Positions 26,042 to 41,386 of a DNA stretch of 64,000 bases are shown piece by piece. Made by a program: the position numbers and the translations under genes. The stretch is taken from assembly GCA_951406725.2 (NCBI GenBank), contig OX597823.1, positions 24,180,001-24,244,000 on the forward strand. The letters are read 5' to 3'. Origin of the DNA: Octopus vulgaris (lineage: Eukaryota). Position 1 is the first letter of the stretch, and each line of letters begins with the position of its first letter. A model generated the notes under the pieces. It saw only the letters and a program-made list of their open reading frames with translations, was not told where the DNA came from and did no database searches.

Positions 26042-29000
26042 ATTTAATAGCAATAGAAATATAATAAGAGCTTTTAGTTATACTAAAACATTTTTGCAAT
26101 CTAAATCACAAAGTGACAAACTAATATTTTACAATTTAACGTTCAGATATAATAATTAAATAAATGTATGTATCTAAATTATCGTTGACTAATAAAAAAT
26201 TAGAAATTCATATTTAACAATTAATACTTATATAGAGTACAATAATATTTCTTAAATAAAAATGTCTACTTATCTCTCCAAAAGGTGTATTATGAACTAA
26301 AACGTTTTCAAAACGAAAAACGTATTACTTAGCATTTATAAATTTGCTCGTGAATACGTAGCTTAAAGAAATAGAACAAACAGATGGAAATATACGTTTT
26401 ATCAATGAAAACTACAAATATATTTTTGATTAACAAAAAAAGAGAATAAAATTACTAAACAGTAGCATATCAATCACTAGAAACCTAAAATTTAGAATTA
26501 ACTATGATAAAATATAAATATACTCAAATTATCATATAGTTAAATTAATTTATATAACTACAATTTACTGTATATTCTCTAATCCCCTTATACAAATTTA
26601 TTTGTTTCATTCATATAAATATGGTTATGTTAGAGCCCAAATTTTCCCCTGTAAGTTTGGAGTTACACTCCCTAAAATTATTATTATTATTATATATATA
26701 AAGAAAAGGGAGGAAGTCAGAATTTTGGATAATTGTTATTTAGTGCTTCCATCTCATTTCAGAGAATCATCAGGAAAAATATTTTTACAGAAAACATCAT
26801 TTATGTATTTGTGAGTTAGTTGAAAAAATCTAGAACTGAATTAGAAAGAGAATGTTCTTTGCTATTTCAAGTTTATATGTGCCCGTATATGTGTGTGTAA
26901 GTATCTGTACGTGGTGAATTTTTGAAGGGAGGTAGAAAACAGGAAAGATGAAAGAATGAGGATGATTCAAAGGCAGTATTAATTTAAACCCTCAAGGAGA
27001 CATAGGTAGTGCCAATAGATGACCCATGACTCTGTGTCATTCAAAAGAGTGATCAGAGTGACAGCTTTGTACACACTGATCTTAGTAACACTCTTTTATA
27101 CTGTCTGCGAAATGCACTTTTTGCCTTGACCAGTCTGTTGTTAACCACCTTGTTGATTTTGTTATTTGATGAGCTCATGCACCCTAAGTAGGTGAATTGG
27201 TTAACTGCCTTTAATTCAGTCTCACTGATGGTGATGTGAAGCGGGTATTATTCTTGCCATAGTGCACATTGATGGAAGATTGTTATTTTCATTAAACTGA
27301 CTTCTAAGTCAAAATATTAAGCTGCTTTTGTAAAGCAACAGTTAATGTCTTTGCCTTCGCAACAAAAACAACAGCATCTGCAAAAAGTAATTCATGAATA
27401 GCTTTTTCTGTTGTTCTGGTGTGATTTTATAAGTGCCTTAAGTTGAAATGTCTGCCATTGGTATGGTGCTGGATGTAGTGTAGATGCCATCTTCATCATC
27501 AGCATCATAGTCAAGAAGATAGGGAAAAGGGTTGGGATGTGGACATAGCCTTGCTTCACATCAGGGCTTGGAAAGATTGTTGCTGTGCATGGTCAGACCC
27601 TGTCAGTTTTCATATAGCTAGATGATCGTGTTGAGGGACTTGAGGGAACATCCAAAACACTTTAGGATTTGCCCTAGATTTCTTCTGCACAGTGTCAAAT
27701 GCTTTGGTGAGGTCAACAAAGGTAATGTAAAGTCCTTTGTTTTTGTTCTCTGAATTTCTGTTGTCTCTTGTTTGCTCTGAAGCTGCAATGGCTTTCTGAA
27801 AGGTTTTCTTCTGCAATAGTGAGCAGTACTTTCACAAAGATTTTGCTCACAATGGAGAACAAGTGACCTAAGTCAGTAGAATATTTCCATCTTGTTGGAC
27901 TTAAAGAAGTGTAATAAAGCTTGCCATCAATATCCAGGATGCAATTCTTATGCATATGATGGGAAAGAAGAGGAGTAGTTGGAGTAGTCAGACCTCCTAC
28001 TCTACACAAAATTCATTGCTATGATCATTGCTGACTTTGACCTTACTAACAGCATGCCTGTAAATGGCTTGTACAACTTTCATCAACCACTCATCTATTC
28101 GTAGCTTCTGTATTGACTAGCATTAAAGAGAGTTGGGGATACTATATAAGGCTTTCTCCATGTCGACAAAAGTCAAGTACAATGAATCGTTTTTTGCTAA
28201 ATACTTCTCTTGCAGGAAGATAGCACCGATAATGCTTCTCCCTAGCACAAAATGAAACTACATTTCGTCTAGACTAACTCCCTTCCTAAATAGTTGAGCT
28301 ATGACCCACTCTGTAACTTTCATCACATGGTCCAATAATTTGATGCCTCTGGAATTATTTCTGTCTAAATCGTGACCTTTGCCTTTGTAGCAGTTGGCTA
28401 TGATACTGCTACACCAGTCATTGGGTATTGACTCCCTTGTAGAAAATCTGATTAATTATCCAGGAGACTAGATAATATCCCACTATGCCAGGTATTTTAA
28501 GTATCTCAGCAGTGGTTTCTGATGGGTTGGTCTCCCTGTCGCCATATCCTTAATTGCTTTATCTACCAAGCTACTGTTGATTTAGATAGTTGGTTCCTCT
28601 GTTGGGTTACATTAGGCAGACTCTCCTCATATGCATTCTCTATATTTATCAGCCTTTTACAATGGCACTTCCAAGCCTTTTTCTTTGTAGAATTGCTAAC
28701 TGCAAGTGACCCGTTATCCATGTAAACACACATCTTTCCTACAATATCATGATTTTCTCTGACACACTTTACTGTCTTGCAATTCGAAACACATCAAACT
28801 TCTGATCCTCACACTGTAAATTTCTTTCTTTCTGCTTCTCCTTTTGCTAAATATACCTGTCTCTTAGCTTTTCTTCTAGCTACTTGATATAGTTTTCTTC
28901 TCCCCCCACTTTTCCAGTCCTACCAAGCCTCTCTATTTACTCTAATGGCCCTGTCTACAACATTGTTCTATCACCCTGTCACCTTTGTGGGACTTTGTGC

Positions 29001-32000
29001 TATCCACAAATATGGTCAGTGTTCCTCATTAAGTTGGCCCATAGCATCTTCCAGTTGTCCTTGATATTATATGTCACTATCACATCCTCCTTCTTGTCAA
29101 ATGCTCCAATCTGAATCTAAATTTCTGACTATTCAGAGAATCAGTAAGCTTCCAGATCTTTCTTTTCCAGATTGGTTTGCTTCTTGGCATCTTTCTAGCT
29201 TGAAGTTTGAAGTCACTAATGACTAACCTATGTTAAGATGTGCACTCTTCATCTCAAAAAATCTTTGCATTTATAAGCAATCATCTTTCCTACTTTGTGA
29301 GGAAAATACAGTCAATCTGGTTTTTATGGCCCCGAGATTGATAGGTGAACAGGTAACTGACTGGTTTCCTGAAATTGGTGTTGCAGATCATAATGACATT
29401 TGCGTCAGCGAACCCTAGTAGTCTACTTCCCTCTTCATTGCATCTTATCAACCCATTTCTCAGCAAGAAGTATGCCCACACCACCAACCCCATCATTACT
29501 GCCTAACCAGAGGACTTTTTTATCTGTGTTCTTTGCCTGTGAGGAACCTGGCAAAAGCTTTGCTCCACCTTATCTCTTGAATGTAACACACATTTACACA
29601 CCTTCATTCTAGCATCTCAACAATTTATATGCCTTATACATACATGATGGTTGCAAACTCATGTTCGAGTATTGCCATCACCTGATTGAAGTCCCACACA
29701 TGCGAAGTCTACAACTAGCTATTTTTGTGATTGGTCTCTCATTTCTTTCAAGTGATGCCTGTGCATGATGATTTTTTTATAATGGAGAAAGGATTTGCAC
29801 AAAATCAATCCCACTCTCTGAACATGGACAACAAAAACTTGAAAAGAAGAACTAGTCTACATCATCGAATATTGTCAGTGTCACAGGTTTTCTCTCAGTT
29901 TCCATCTACTAGAGAGATGTTATGACAATAGAGGGGCCGCCCACTCCCAGTGGGCCAACCACTCACCAACTCAGATATTTCCAAATCCCCATGCATACAT
30001 ACATGCATACATGCATACATACACATATACACATGTTGTTGGATGGCCACACCCGCCTCACCAAGCAAGCTAACAACCCAACCATGCTACAGGTTGTTCT
30101 GGGTTACATGTTACCAATAGCTCCTAAGTATGACCTTACATACATACACACACACACATACATACATTAATTAATTAATTAATTCATTCATTCATTCATT
30201 CATTCATTCATTCATTCATCTATTTATTTATCTGTGTGCATATTACTTCAATTTGTTTCACTTAATACTTTTTATTGTAACATTGTCATTTTCTCATCAT
30301 TTTGACCCTCTTTCTAACATGAATCATCCCATTGATATCAATTTGTTTTCTTAACTTCAGTTTACACAAAAGTTAACTGTGGGCCTCCAATTGATGTTAT
30401 TGGAGCATCAAAGTCCTACAAAACCACCACCTATAAATCTGAAGTGATCTACTCTTGCCCAATGGCAGAAAAACTAAAGTCAATATGTGACAAGGACAAC
30501 AAATGGAGTCCAGTAGCACCTGTTTGTAAAGGTAATGTAAAAAACTTCTCTCTTGTTGCCTCTGTCTTTGTAATTTTGTTAGATTTTTTCTTTAAATTAT
30601 ATTTTATTTTCTTTCCCCATTTTTATACCTGTAAACAAACCTATTTTAATTCCTCACTTCTGCATATATCCAGATACCTAAATTATATATCATAAAACCC
30701 CATGTTTGAAACAGAATTGAAGAAATATTTATAAATACATAGCCCATACATTTCCATGAAACACAAGGGTTAAAATCTCTTCAAATCAAATTGCTTATGT
30801 AACAATGAACACGAAGAGAGAGGGAGAGAGAGAGAGAGATACAGCAAACAAACTTTACGCCTACCAAAATCCTTTTGTGAACATCAAAGCACAAGATAAA
30901 CAAGTTTCTATACTAGCAACACTGTCACATGCCTGACTAATAACCCCCACCTTCCAATCAAAATAGAAAATACCTTAAATAACAACTAGAACAAGTAAAG
31001 AAATTTCGTTTTTGCCTGTGGTCTGCAAGATTCTTTATGTGAATTCATGTGTTGAAACATATTTTATTGTGTCTGGGGGGAGTCATTTTATTTTAGTACT
31101 TTATTAATTTAACACACCAATTTCCGCTCATTTACTTATTTATTTTTACTACGTATATATCTGTATGTGCATGCACACTGATGTACACACATGTGCCCCA
31201 CCCCCAAAAAAAGAACACAATTCTGATAATGGACAGAGTCAACAACTATTGAAAAGTTTGTAAGTCACAATGAAAATTTTAGTAAAAATAAGTAAATAAA
31301 TGAGTGGAAATTGGGGAGTGTGTTAAATTAATAAGGCACTAAAAGAGAATGACTTTCCCCAGACACAATAAAATATGCTTCAAACACATGAATTTACATA
31401 AAGAATCTTGCAAACCACAGGCAAAATCAAAATAAGATAAGCTTTGGCCAAGCTAACAAGATGTTGAAAAACACTGTGTTCTGCTGTCTAAAAATCAAAA
31501 TAGCTACCTGATAGCTCAACTTAATTAAAACATGCATCTCTACCAAGCTATACATAAAATCTGTTAATCCAGTTATCCAGTGGCTAGGACTCACAGAACA
31601 TCAAGCTAGAAGACTAAAACACACAATGTTACAAAACATCAAAAAGAAAATATACACAGAAATCAACCAGTACCAGAAACGAAAGAAGGTCCTACTGCAT
31701 GAACTGAAGAACAACACAAAAGAGACAGATTCATGACAAACATCCAACAAGAATACCACTGAGTAAACAATGCCTGTATCAAACACTTCAACAACCTCAG
31801 CATGATAAGAATCAACATAGATACCCAAACAATATCGATGGAATTGTCATGTCAGAATGTAAACTACCAGAGGACTTCAGCACCAGGACACCAAAAAACA
31901 ATACAACCAGCAACAACAACAATTACACCTCTGGAATATACGGTGCAGTACAGCTAGATACACATGAAATGCATGCTTTAGAGTTACCACTGAAATTTGC

Positions 32001-35000
32001 TACATATAAGGACAGTAAAATTGATTGTCTGCTGAGATTGATAAAACGTTCTTAAAAAACAAACAAAGAAGATGGAAGTTGGGACAATAAAACAACACAT
32101 ACATATGAAACCAAAACAACAACAATAACAATGTTAATGACAACAATAGTGACGATAATAATACCAACAATGATAACCACAACATTCCCAACTCAAGCCA
32201 CCATAATAACAACAACAACACAAATGTAAGAAACATCAAAACAGCAATAATTGTAACAACAACAAAGATAAGGCCACCCCACACACAGACAACAATACCA
32301 ACCACTACCAGCATCGATACCACCCACAACAATAACAACAACCACAAACACTACCACCACCACAACCCCCACTAGCAACAACAATACCAAAAATTATAAC
32401 AGCAATAACCACAATGATAATAATACCCTACACTCTATCTTCTGTATCCCCAACAACAACAAATCACATGACATGACCAGGATCTACCCCACAAACTTAC
32501 ACTTCAACAAGAAGGTATGTATCCCACCACAGATTGACAGTGAGAAAGAAGCAAAGATTCCCTTGGCTAGAAATAGACTCTAACACATGTTAGACCAGTA
32601 CAACAAAACCACTGAAAGACATAATGATGGGGAGACCCACCAACTCAGTACATCAGTTGCCAAAGGCCTACAAAAACTGAAACAGCAAATTAGGATAGAG
32701 AATTAGTGTGCTTCCCTACGGACAAGTCTAGCAGACTGTCAATAAACAGCCCAAGAACTATGTCCAGATCATGCAACAGCACATCAGTAGCATGAGAGAA
32801 GTTGCACTACAGGAACATGAAAGAGTGGAAAAACTCCTCAATGCACAGATGAGAATGTGGTACAACATACTCCGACCCAAGAAACGGACTGCACAAAATT
32901 TCCAAGCATCCAACACGATGCTCTTATGCTATACGGATTACATAAAGACCATAAAACCTATGCAAACTCTGTCATGAGGCCCCCAACCTCATGTGAATAT
33001 TGCCAGCAATTATAGACTATCCTATTTTCTGTCACAGGTATTATGACCACTCATTGAAATGTCCCCAGATGTCTGCATGAGCATGGAGGATCTCCTCAGT
33101 AGAATCAGTAGTTGCAACCACTCCAGTGATCTCATAGGTTGTGTAGTGAGTAGTATGGATGTAATTTCATTCTACCTATCTATAGACATAAATTTTGCTA
33201 TGGAAAATTGCATTGAGATTATCAGTGAGAGTGAGGTAGAGTTCCAAGAAGTCCACACAAGGGAACTGGGCCTTCTCCTTAAACTGAGCTATGACAGTAA
33301 TTATCTAGACAACTATGACCTTAATAGATTCTGCCTACCAGGTGACAGAGGGGAAAACTACCTTGGCAGTGAAGAAAAGCACCGTAGAGCACTGGAGTGG
33401 CTGGACTACACCGACCCAAGACTCTGAGAACAACAGGCAGGTGAAAAGAATAATTGCACATGCAATAGGGGTTAGCATAAGAACCATCTTGAAGAACCAC
33501 ATTGTAAAGTTTAACTAGAAACCATACATGAAGGTTTAAGGTGCAGCCATTGGTGTTGGTGTGGCTGGAGATGTGGCCGGCCTCTTCATGACTTGGTGGG
33601 ACAGAAAACTAAAACAATCCTTCGCAGAACAATCCACGATTGTTTTACTTTACTGTAGGTGTATTGATGACATTAACATTCTAGTTAGGACAAACTCTAG
33701 TAAAGTGCAATGTAGAAACTGAGAGGAATATAATGGAGAGCATCCAGCATGTAGCCAACTCCATCCCCCAAAGTATCAAGGTAACTATAGATTACTCCAC
33801 TTGTCATCCTAACAATAGACTCCCTGTCCTTCATACTGAACTTTGGTTAGAGGTTGTGAACAACAAGGTGAAGCTCCTCCACTCCTATTACATGAAACCT
33901 ATATCTTCTAAATATGCTGTTCACAAGAACACAGCTTTGTCACACAACATGAAAATCAACATACTAATAGCATACCTAGTTAGGATAATGAGTAATGTGT
34001 CCCAACTATGTGAACCCTATGAAACAAAGAAACATCTATAGAACTTCATGCACTGCATGCAATTCTCTGGATATGATCAGAAGGATAGGGTTTGGGTATA
34101 CAGGGTTGCTATAAAGAAGTTAGCATTATAAGTAATGCCCGAGATATAGAAATAGAGACTGGAATAGGATACAAAGAGCTCATGACAAAGAAAACAGGGT
34201 GAACATGTGGTACAAAAACCGACAAATATCAAGGAGTGATGTTTGTAGAGGCCACAGCCCATGGTGAACTAGCCCGGAGATTTAGGAAAGCTATGAAGGA
34301 GGCTAAACTCAGCATCAAGATTGTTGAAAAGTCATGGAGCACCATCAGATCACAACAATATAGGACATACCCCTTTGAGAATATCACATGCGCCAATGAT
34401 AACTGCATGACATGTAAGATTAACCCTGGCATTTACCGTAGAACTAGAAGTGAACTCTACAGCATAAGGTGCATAGAGTGTGCTTGTAAAGACAAGAACA
34501 AAATATACATAGGTGAGACATCTAGGACCATTGAGGAGAAACTAAATGAACATCTGAGACAACATGACAACAAAAACAATCCTACATACTCTACCATGAT
34601 GCCAAAGTCCAACATGGAGGCAGAGTGGGTCAACTTGACATCTGCATTTTATCAAAGAACCCAAAGGACCCAACACTCAGACAAGTCCAAGAGTACATCA
34701 TCATTAATGAAACATCTCCAGTACTAAATAAGAAATATACATAGGTGTCATACCCGAATACCAAAAGCCGTTATGTAGGTGTGTGTGTGTGTGTATATGT
34801 ATATATATATGTGGGTAAATGGATACATATATGGACAGGTAGATATACAGATAGATAGATATGTAATATGACCAGACAGGCACAAACACACACATACATG
34901 GCCATACACACACTTCACACAAGGACGCATATGGAGACATATTCATACATAACAGACACACATACATAGTCATACAAATCCATACACAGACACACACAAG

Positions 35001-36696
35001 GAGATAGAGGTACACACACAAATACACACATATATACACATAAACATGAACACAAACACGAACACACAAGCACATGGATATACAGAATACATACATACAA
35101 ATGTGCACACATGCATACATATATATGCATACACACACACACATACATGCATCATACATACAAATGTACACACATGCATACATATAAGCATACATACACA
35201 CATGTGTATGCGCATGCACACGGATGCACACACAAGTGTACAAAAAAGAAAATAAGAGTGCAATTCCAATAACAAGATTCAACAACTATTGAAAAGGTTG
35301 CAAGTTGCAATGAAAATCTTAGTAAAAATAAATAAGTAAATGAGTGAAAATCAGAGAGTGTGTTGAATTAAGGCACTAAAAGAGAATGACTCTCCCCAGA
35401 CACAATAAAGTAAAGAAATGAACCAATTAAAACATATCATCTACCTACATTCTTTTGTAAATCCCTAAAAACTTCCATTACAAAAAAGTTGACAGTCCCA
35501 ATTAATAAGTTTTCAAATATTAGACTTTGTTCCTTTGAACTTTATGTTGTTAAAAGAAAAGATTAAATCCAATAAAACCAGAAATAACTAAAATTATTGG
35601 CAAGTCCTGTACATACCTACCAAAAAGAACACAGCTAAAATATACACATTTGTTTACGAAAGACCTACATCATCATCATCATTGTTTGAAGTCTACCTTC
35701 TATGCGGGTATGAGTTGGACAGTCTGACAGGTGCTGGCTAGGCAAGAGCCTGCACCAAACTTCTGTGTCCATTTTGGCTGAATTTTTACAGCTCGATGCC
35801 CTTCATAACACCAGCCAACCAGCAGAGTAAACTGAGTGCTTTTTACTAGGCACAAGCACAGGCAAGGTCAGTTTTGGCATGATTTTACAGCTGAATGCCT
35901 TTCCAAACACCAACCACTATACAGAGTGGACTGGATGCTTTTTAAATGGCACCAGCACTGGCATGGTTACCAAATAACTTGCAAGACAAAAATCCTTTGA
36001 GAGAGGAGGGGACATTGGCGGAAGTGATCTTGTGTCAGATGATGAAATGTTATAGTGAGACAGAGAAATGGAAACATGTGTCTTGCTGTAGAGGAGGTAC
36101 ATGGTTACCTGGCCAGAGAGAGAGAGAGAGTGCGTGATCAAGAATGAGGACAGAAGCAGGTGTACTGCTGTAAAGGAAATACATGGTTACCTAGCCAGAT
36201 GGAAGAGCAGGAGAAGGAGAGAGAGAGCAGCAGCAGCAGCAGAGAGGTGATGGAAAAATACCAGGCATACTCACATGGGACAGTGATCAGAATATAAATT
36301 GGATGGTCAAGTAAAAAGAAGAGAGAGCTAGATGGTGGCAAGTGCCAGCGCATATTCTTGAAGAATGGAGGTCATAATATAAGAGAGAAGACAATGCCAA
36401 AGAGGCATGAGTACAAAGTGGATGAGGGGACTGCAGTGAGTGGTGAAAACCTGGGTGTATAGACGTGAATAAATCTTGAACAGTAACATAACCCCAGATT
36501 TTATCAATAACAATTTCCCCAAATCTCAAAACGTAATTTATCACTTCACTCGAATCCACACATCCAAATAAGATTTTAACTCAAGAGAAACTGTATAAAG
36601 CCAAAATCAACTTCAATGCATTCCAATCTTCACTAGCCAAAACTTCAAAGTCACTGTGAGTAATATTCGTATTTAAGAATAATATATAATTAAATG

Positions 36697-36736
<40 letters not shown>

Positions 36737-36899
36737 TTATTTGTAAATTAAGGCTGATCACATGGAGAAAGGTGTTCACCTCCAAAATGGAGGTGAACAC
36801 CTTAACATGAAAACAATGGTAGCCTTAATTCGCAAATAAACAAATTATATCCACCAAAGCAGTGTTGGGCACTCATTTTCATCATTCAACATTTACGTG

Positions 36900-36943
<44 letters not shown>

Positions 36944-39464
36944 CCTGCTTGCTTAGCCAGCGGGGTGGCATCAGTTGAAGGCTAAAACAGTGCAAAGTGC
37001 ATTGTGACCAGCGATGTGTAGCAGCATCTGATAGCATGGTCGGTCACGGTGATCACGGTGATATATATATAAGTAATTATTAAGGAAAATACACACATTT
37101 TACATAGTTTTAATATAATATTTAATATATCGACCGGTTTCACTTTCACTATTTATGATATTATGGTTTACTTATTTGAATATGTATTTTCTTAGAAAGA
37201 AATTTTGTCCATGTTGTGTGTGATGATATTTACGAGTGAATGATTTCACAAATAGAAAAATAAGGGGAGGTAATTGTTTATTATTATTATTGTTATTGTT
37301 GAAGGCAAGGGAGATAACTGTTCAGCTTTCAGTAAGGGGAGGGGAAATATATGTACTGACAAAAAAAGGATTTGAAAAACTTGTCTAGTGAAGGGATTTA
37401 TGTACAGTGATGTAATCGTGAATTGAAATATGTAAAAAGATAAAAGTTGCTTATGCGTGCATATTAAGACGTGTTCTGTACTTTTCAATGTAAAAAGTTT
37501 TGTTATTTAAACATTCTTGTGGAGAGATTGGTTTGATGTTATCTGCACATTTTTCTATGTGTTCACTGAGAGGAATTTGCCTGTATTGCAGGAAACGGAT
37601 TTGCTCTTTATGTAGAGTGGTTCTCTTTCTCAAGGTCATACTTGTTTGTCCAAATCAGTTGTGTCCACAACCTGAGCAGGTTATTACATAAATTAGGTTC
37701 TCAGAGAAAGGGAACTTTTGTTGCCAACAGAGATAATAGTACTGTGAACTTTCTCCATCTTATTCTTAATCTAGCAACTATATACATTCAGAACATCTTC
37801 CTCTGTTGTTAATTAGGTCACCCATGTAGAAGAAACTATCTACAGCCTCTAGGGAACTTGCAGGGCATTTGAGAAAATCCATTTCGTATGTGTCCTTAGT
37901 GTTTATTGTTCCTGCACATCTGTCACATACAAAGACTACTTTTTCTATTGACCTTCCTGTAATTTCATTGCATCTCTTATGTGTCCATAGCTTACACTAG
38001 GTGCCCCATATGAAATTCCAGCCAAAATCTTTTCTATATATCAAGCAGGATACACACACAATATACATTCACCTTTGGCATCAATTTCTGTTTTCAATTT
38101 CAGTTTATGCACACATTAATTGTGGACCTCCAAAGGAAGTTGTTGGTGCATTAATGAACTACAAAACCACTACCTATAAATCTAATGTGATCTATACTTG
38201 TCCAAGGGGAGAACAGCTGAAGTCAATATGTGAATTGGGCAATAGATGGACTTTCGTAGTGCCTTCTTGTAATGGTAATGTACATACATTCCTTTTTCCT
38301 GCCTTGGTCTACATAATTTTGTCTTATTTTTGTTTTAAATTTATTGTCAGTGGAAACTGGTCTAAAACATGACATGTTCCACGGTGTTTGTGACTGGTTG
38401 CAGGGAGGGAGGAAGTTCCACAGATCTCCCTAAATGTTTGCAACAGAGCAGACATCATAAAAATCTTACCAAAGAGACAGGTAATGCTATTAAATCAGAT
38501 GACAGTATAAGTCTGCCTACCAAGAGCTGGAAATGCAGAAACTTCTTGTCTCCAACTAGTTCCCACAGAGATTGCATCCACTAAGTTGCATAACAAGGCT
38601 TAGTTGGGAAGCAAATTTTTAAGCACACTAGCAGAACTTCGTCCATTACTTCATTGTTATTAACTACATGTAATACCTCTGCAGCTACACTTAATCTCAT
38701 CTTAGTCAATTTTCTCTTAATTTCTCATTTGATATTCCTCACACTTATTTTGTGTCATCCTCCAAAACTCCATGAAATGTAATGCTTGAGTTCTTCCTTA
38801 ACAGAACTAAGTAATCCGCTGAAACAGACTATATATATATATATATATATAGTGAGAATTTACAAAAAAGAAACAAAAACAAAAGACAGTTGTGTAGACA
38901 AACAGATATATTAGTTTAACACTCAGGAAGTGAGAAAGTCTTTTACGTTTTTGAGCCTACACTCTTCGACAGAAAGGAACACATAATTTATATGTATGTT
39001 TCTAGGCATATGTCACGTTTGATTTTAGTTTAAAAATTTTTAATTTTTAATTAAATTATGGCTTGCACAGCAAGTTTTTGCAAATTTTATTTGCACACCC
39101 GCATGTTTATTTGTTGGTTACATTTGTAACGGATAAAATATAAAAATATAGGAATAGTTATAGAATTATAAATAAGTCATGGAGAGTCCTAATGATTGGG
39201 GTTGCAGTTAAGACATGTTTCTGAAAAAGACTGAGTGTCTCGGGAACGTTAAACACACCCCATGAAACACATGTAGAAGAGAAATTTGGAACTGAAATAG
39301 TAAGTATTAGAATAAAATTCTATGACATGGTGTGATGTATATTAGGATTTGATGAGTTGCATGGGGACTTCCATCTCTAAATAACATATATTTCCTTATC
39401 GAGAATAATTCAATTTATTTGAATCCCTGTGATGCTGCAATTTTTATTCCCTAATTAATATATA

Positions 39465-39496
<32 letters not shown>

Positions 39497-41328
39497 CAAC
39501 ATTCCCATCAAATGGTACTTTTCAATTTCGTAATCGGAGGAGCCAGGTTGAAAACTGTTTTGCACATCGGTCTCCATGTAATGAAGCTCACATATTAGTA
39601 TTGATGGAGAATTTCATTACTTTATTCCATAGGTGTGAAGACTTAATGCATGCTTTTATTTTATCAGATCTTCTTCATCTCAGAATGACTGGCAATGTCT
39701 GTCTAAAGTCTCCTGATGAAACTAATGTAACTCCTCCCATAAATTTATTGTTTCCTTTGATGTCCTGTAAGGTCTTACCAAGAACTTCCATTGCACCTGT
39801 ATGTGACATGGTACATTCATTCAAATGATAAGGTGGTAATGGTGCAACACTTCTGCTGAACCTGAATCTTAGGGTTAGGGTTATATACACACACACATAT
39901 GCATGCACATTCATATACATATGTGTGTGTGAATGCGTGCATATGTTTGTTTATATTTTTCAGATTGAAAATTTCAGTAAAATATGTTATCCTTTACTTG
40001 GAAAAGGAAATAAGGGCTTGTATCAGAAAAGGCAAGCATGATAAAATGGACAAAAACAAAACAAAAATGTGAAAGTATATGTCATCATCATCATCATTTA
40101 ACATTAGCATGGGTCGCACGGTTTGACTTAGGGCTGGCAAGCCAGAATGTTGCACCATGCTCCAATTTGATCTAGCAAGGTTTCTACAGCTGGATGTCCT
40201 TCGTAATACCAACCACTCTGAGAGTGAAGAGGGTGCTTTTTACATGCCACCAGCATGGAGGCCAGTGAGGCAGCATCGGCATCAACTATGCTTGAATGGT
40301 GCTTTTTATGTGCCACCAGCACAGAAGCCAATCAGGTGGCACTGGCATCGACCACACTCGAATGATCATTCACATAACATATCTATGCTATGTGAAAAAT
40401 ATTTTGAAAACAAAAGTGTTTAATGTTTAATTTCATATATATATATATTTGTGTGTGTGTGTGTGTGTGTGTGTGAAATTGATAGACTAAATACAATTTA
40501 TGATAAAAATTTGCAGTTTTATTTTGATTAAAGTACCAGCATCTTCAGAGCAATAGATTTAAATGCTGTTCACCAGCTCTAGTCTCTCTGATTGTCACCT
40601 ACTCCTACTCCATTTGTTGTTTTACTCTTCTTTTGCTAGTGTGACTAATTATACACACATTACATTTTATTATATGTAAGATTGTTGCTCTGGTGTTGTA
40701 GTTACTTTTCAATTGTCTCAATCTTACTTTAATTCCAGTTACTCACATCTATTTTGTGCAAGTAAAAGGTGCAGTTCTGAATGTAGGTGGGAAAATTATG
40801 GTCGACTTGGAAAATGTAACAGCTGAAGCCTGTGCAGCAAAATGTTTGTCTGACAAAGCTTGTTTATCATTTGAAATAAATAAAGAAAGTGAAAAATGTT
40901 ACTTATTAAAGGAAAGTGCAACTTCCTCCCAGAAAATAAAAGCAACCACAAGCGTAGATTACTACCAGCGAGTAAACCGTAATTATTCTTTGTATTTCAA
41001 GACTAGAATTTCTCTTATTTTTCTGAAATTTATTATTCTATTTGTACTTCATAATATATAGACAACCATGTCTGGAAAGACATTGACAAATTTACCTATA
41101 AGGATAGATAAAGACAAAGTCCTGAAAAAGAAAAGTAATATTAAGAATTGTAAACAGTTAGGGCATTCTCATACAACATTTGTTCACAGTGAACACTATT
41201 ATGCGTGTTTTGAATAGTGTTTTTTAAGTAAAATGGGAAACTTTTGTTGTCTTTATTAAACCTCAGCAACAGCAATAGGGGGGTAGTGGTGGTCATAGTG
41301 GTAGTGGGTGCTGGTGGTACTGATGGAG

Positions 41329-41386
<58 letters not shown>

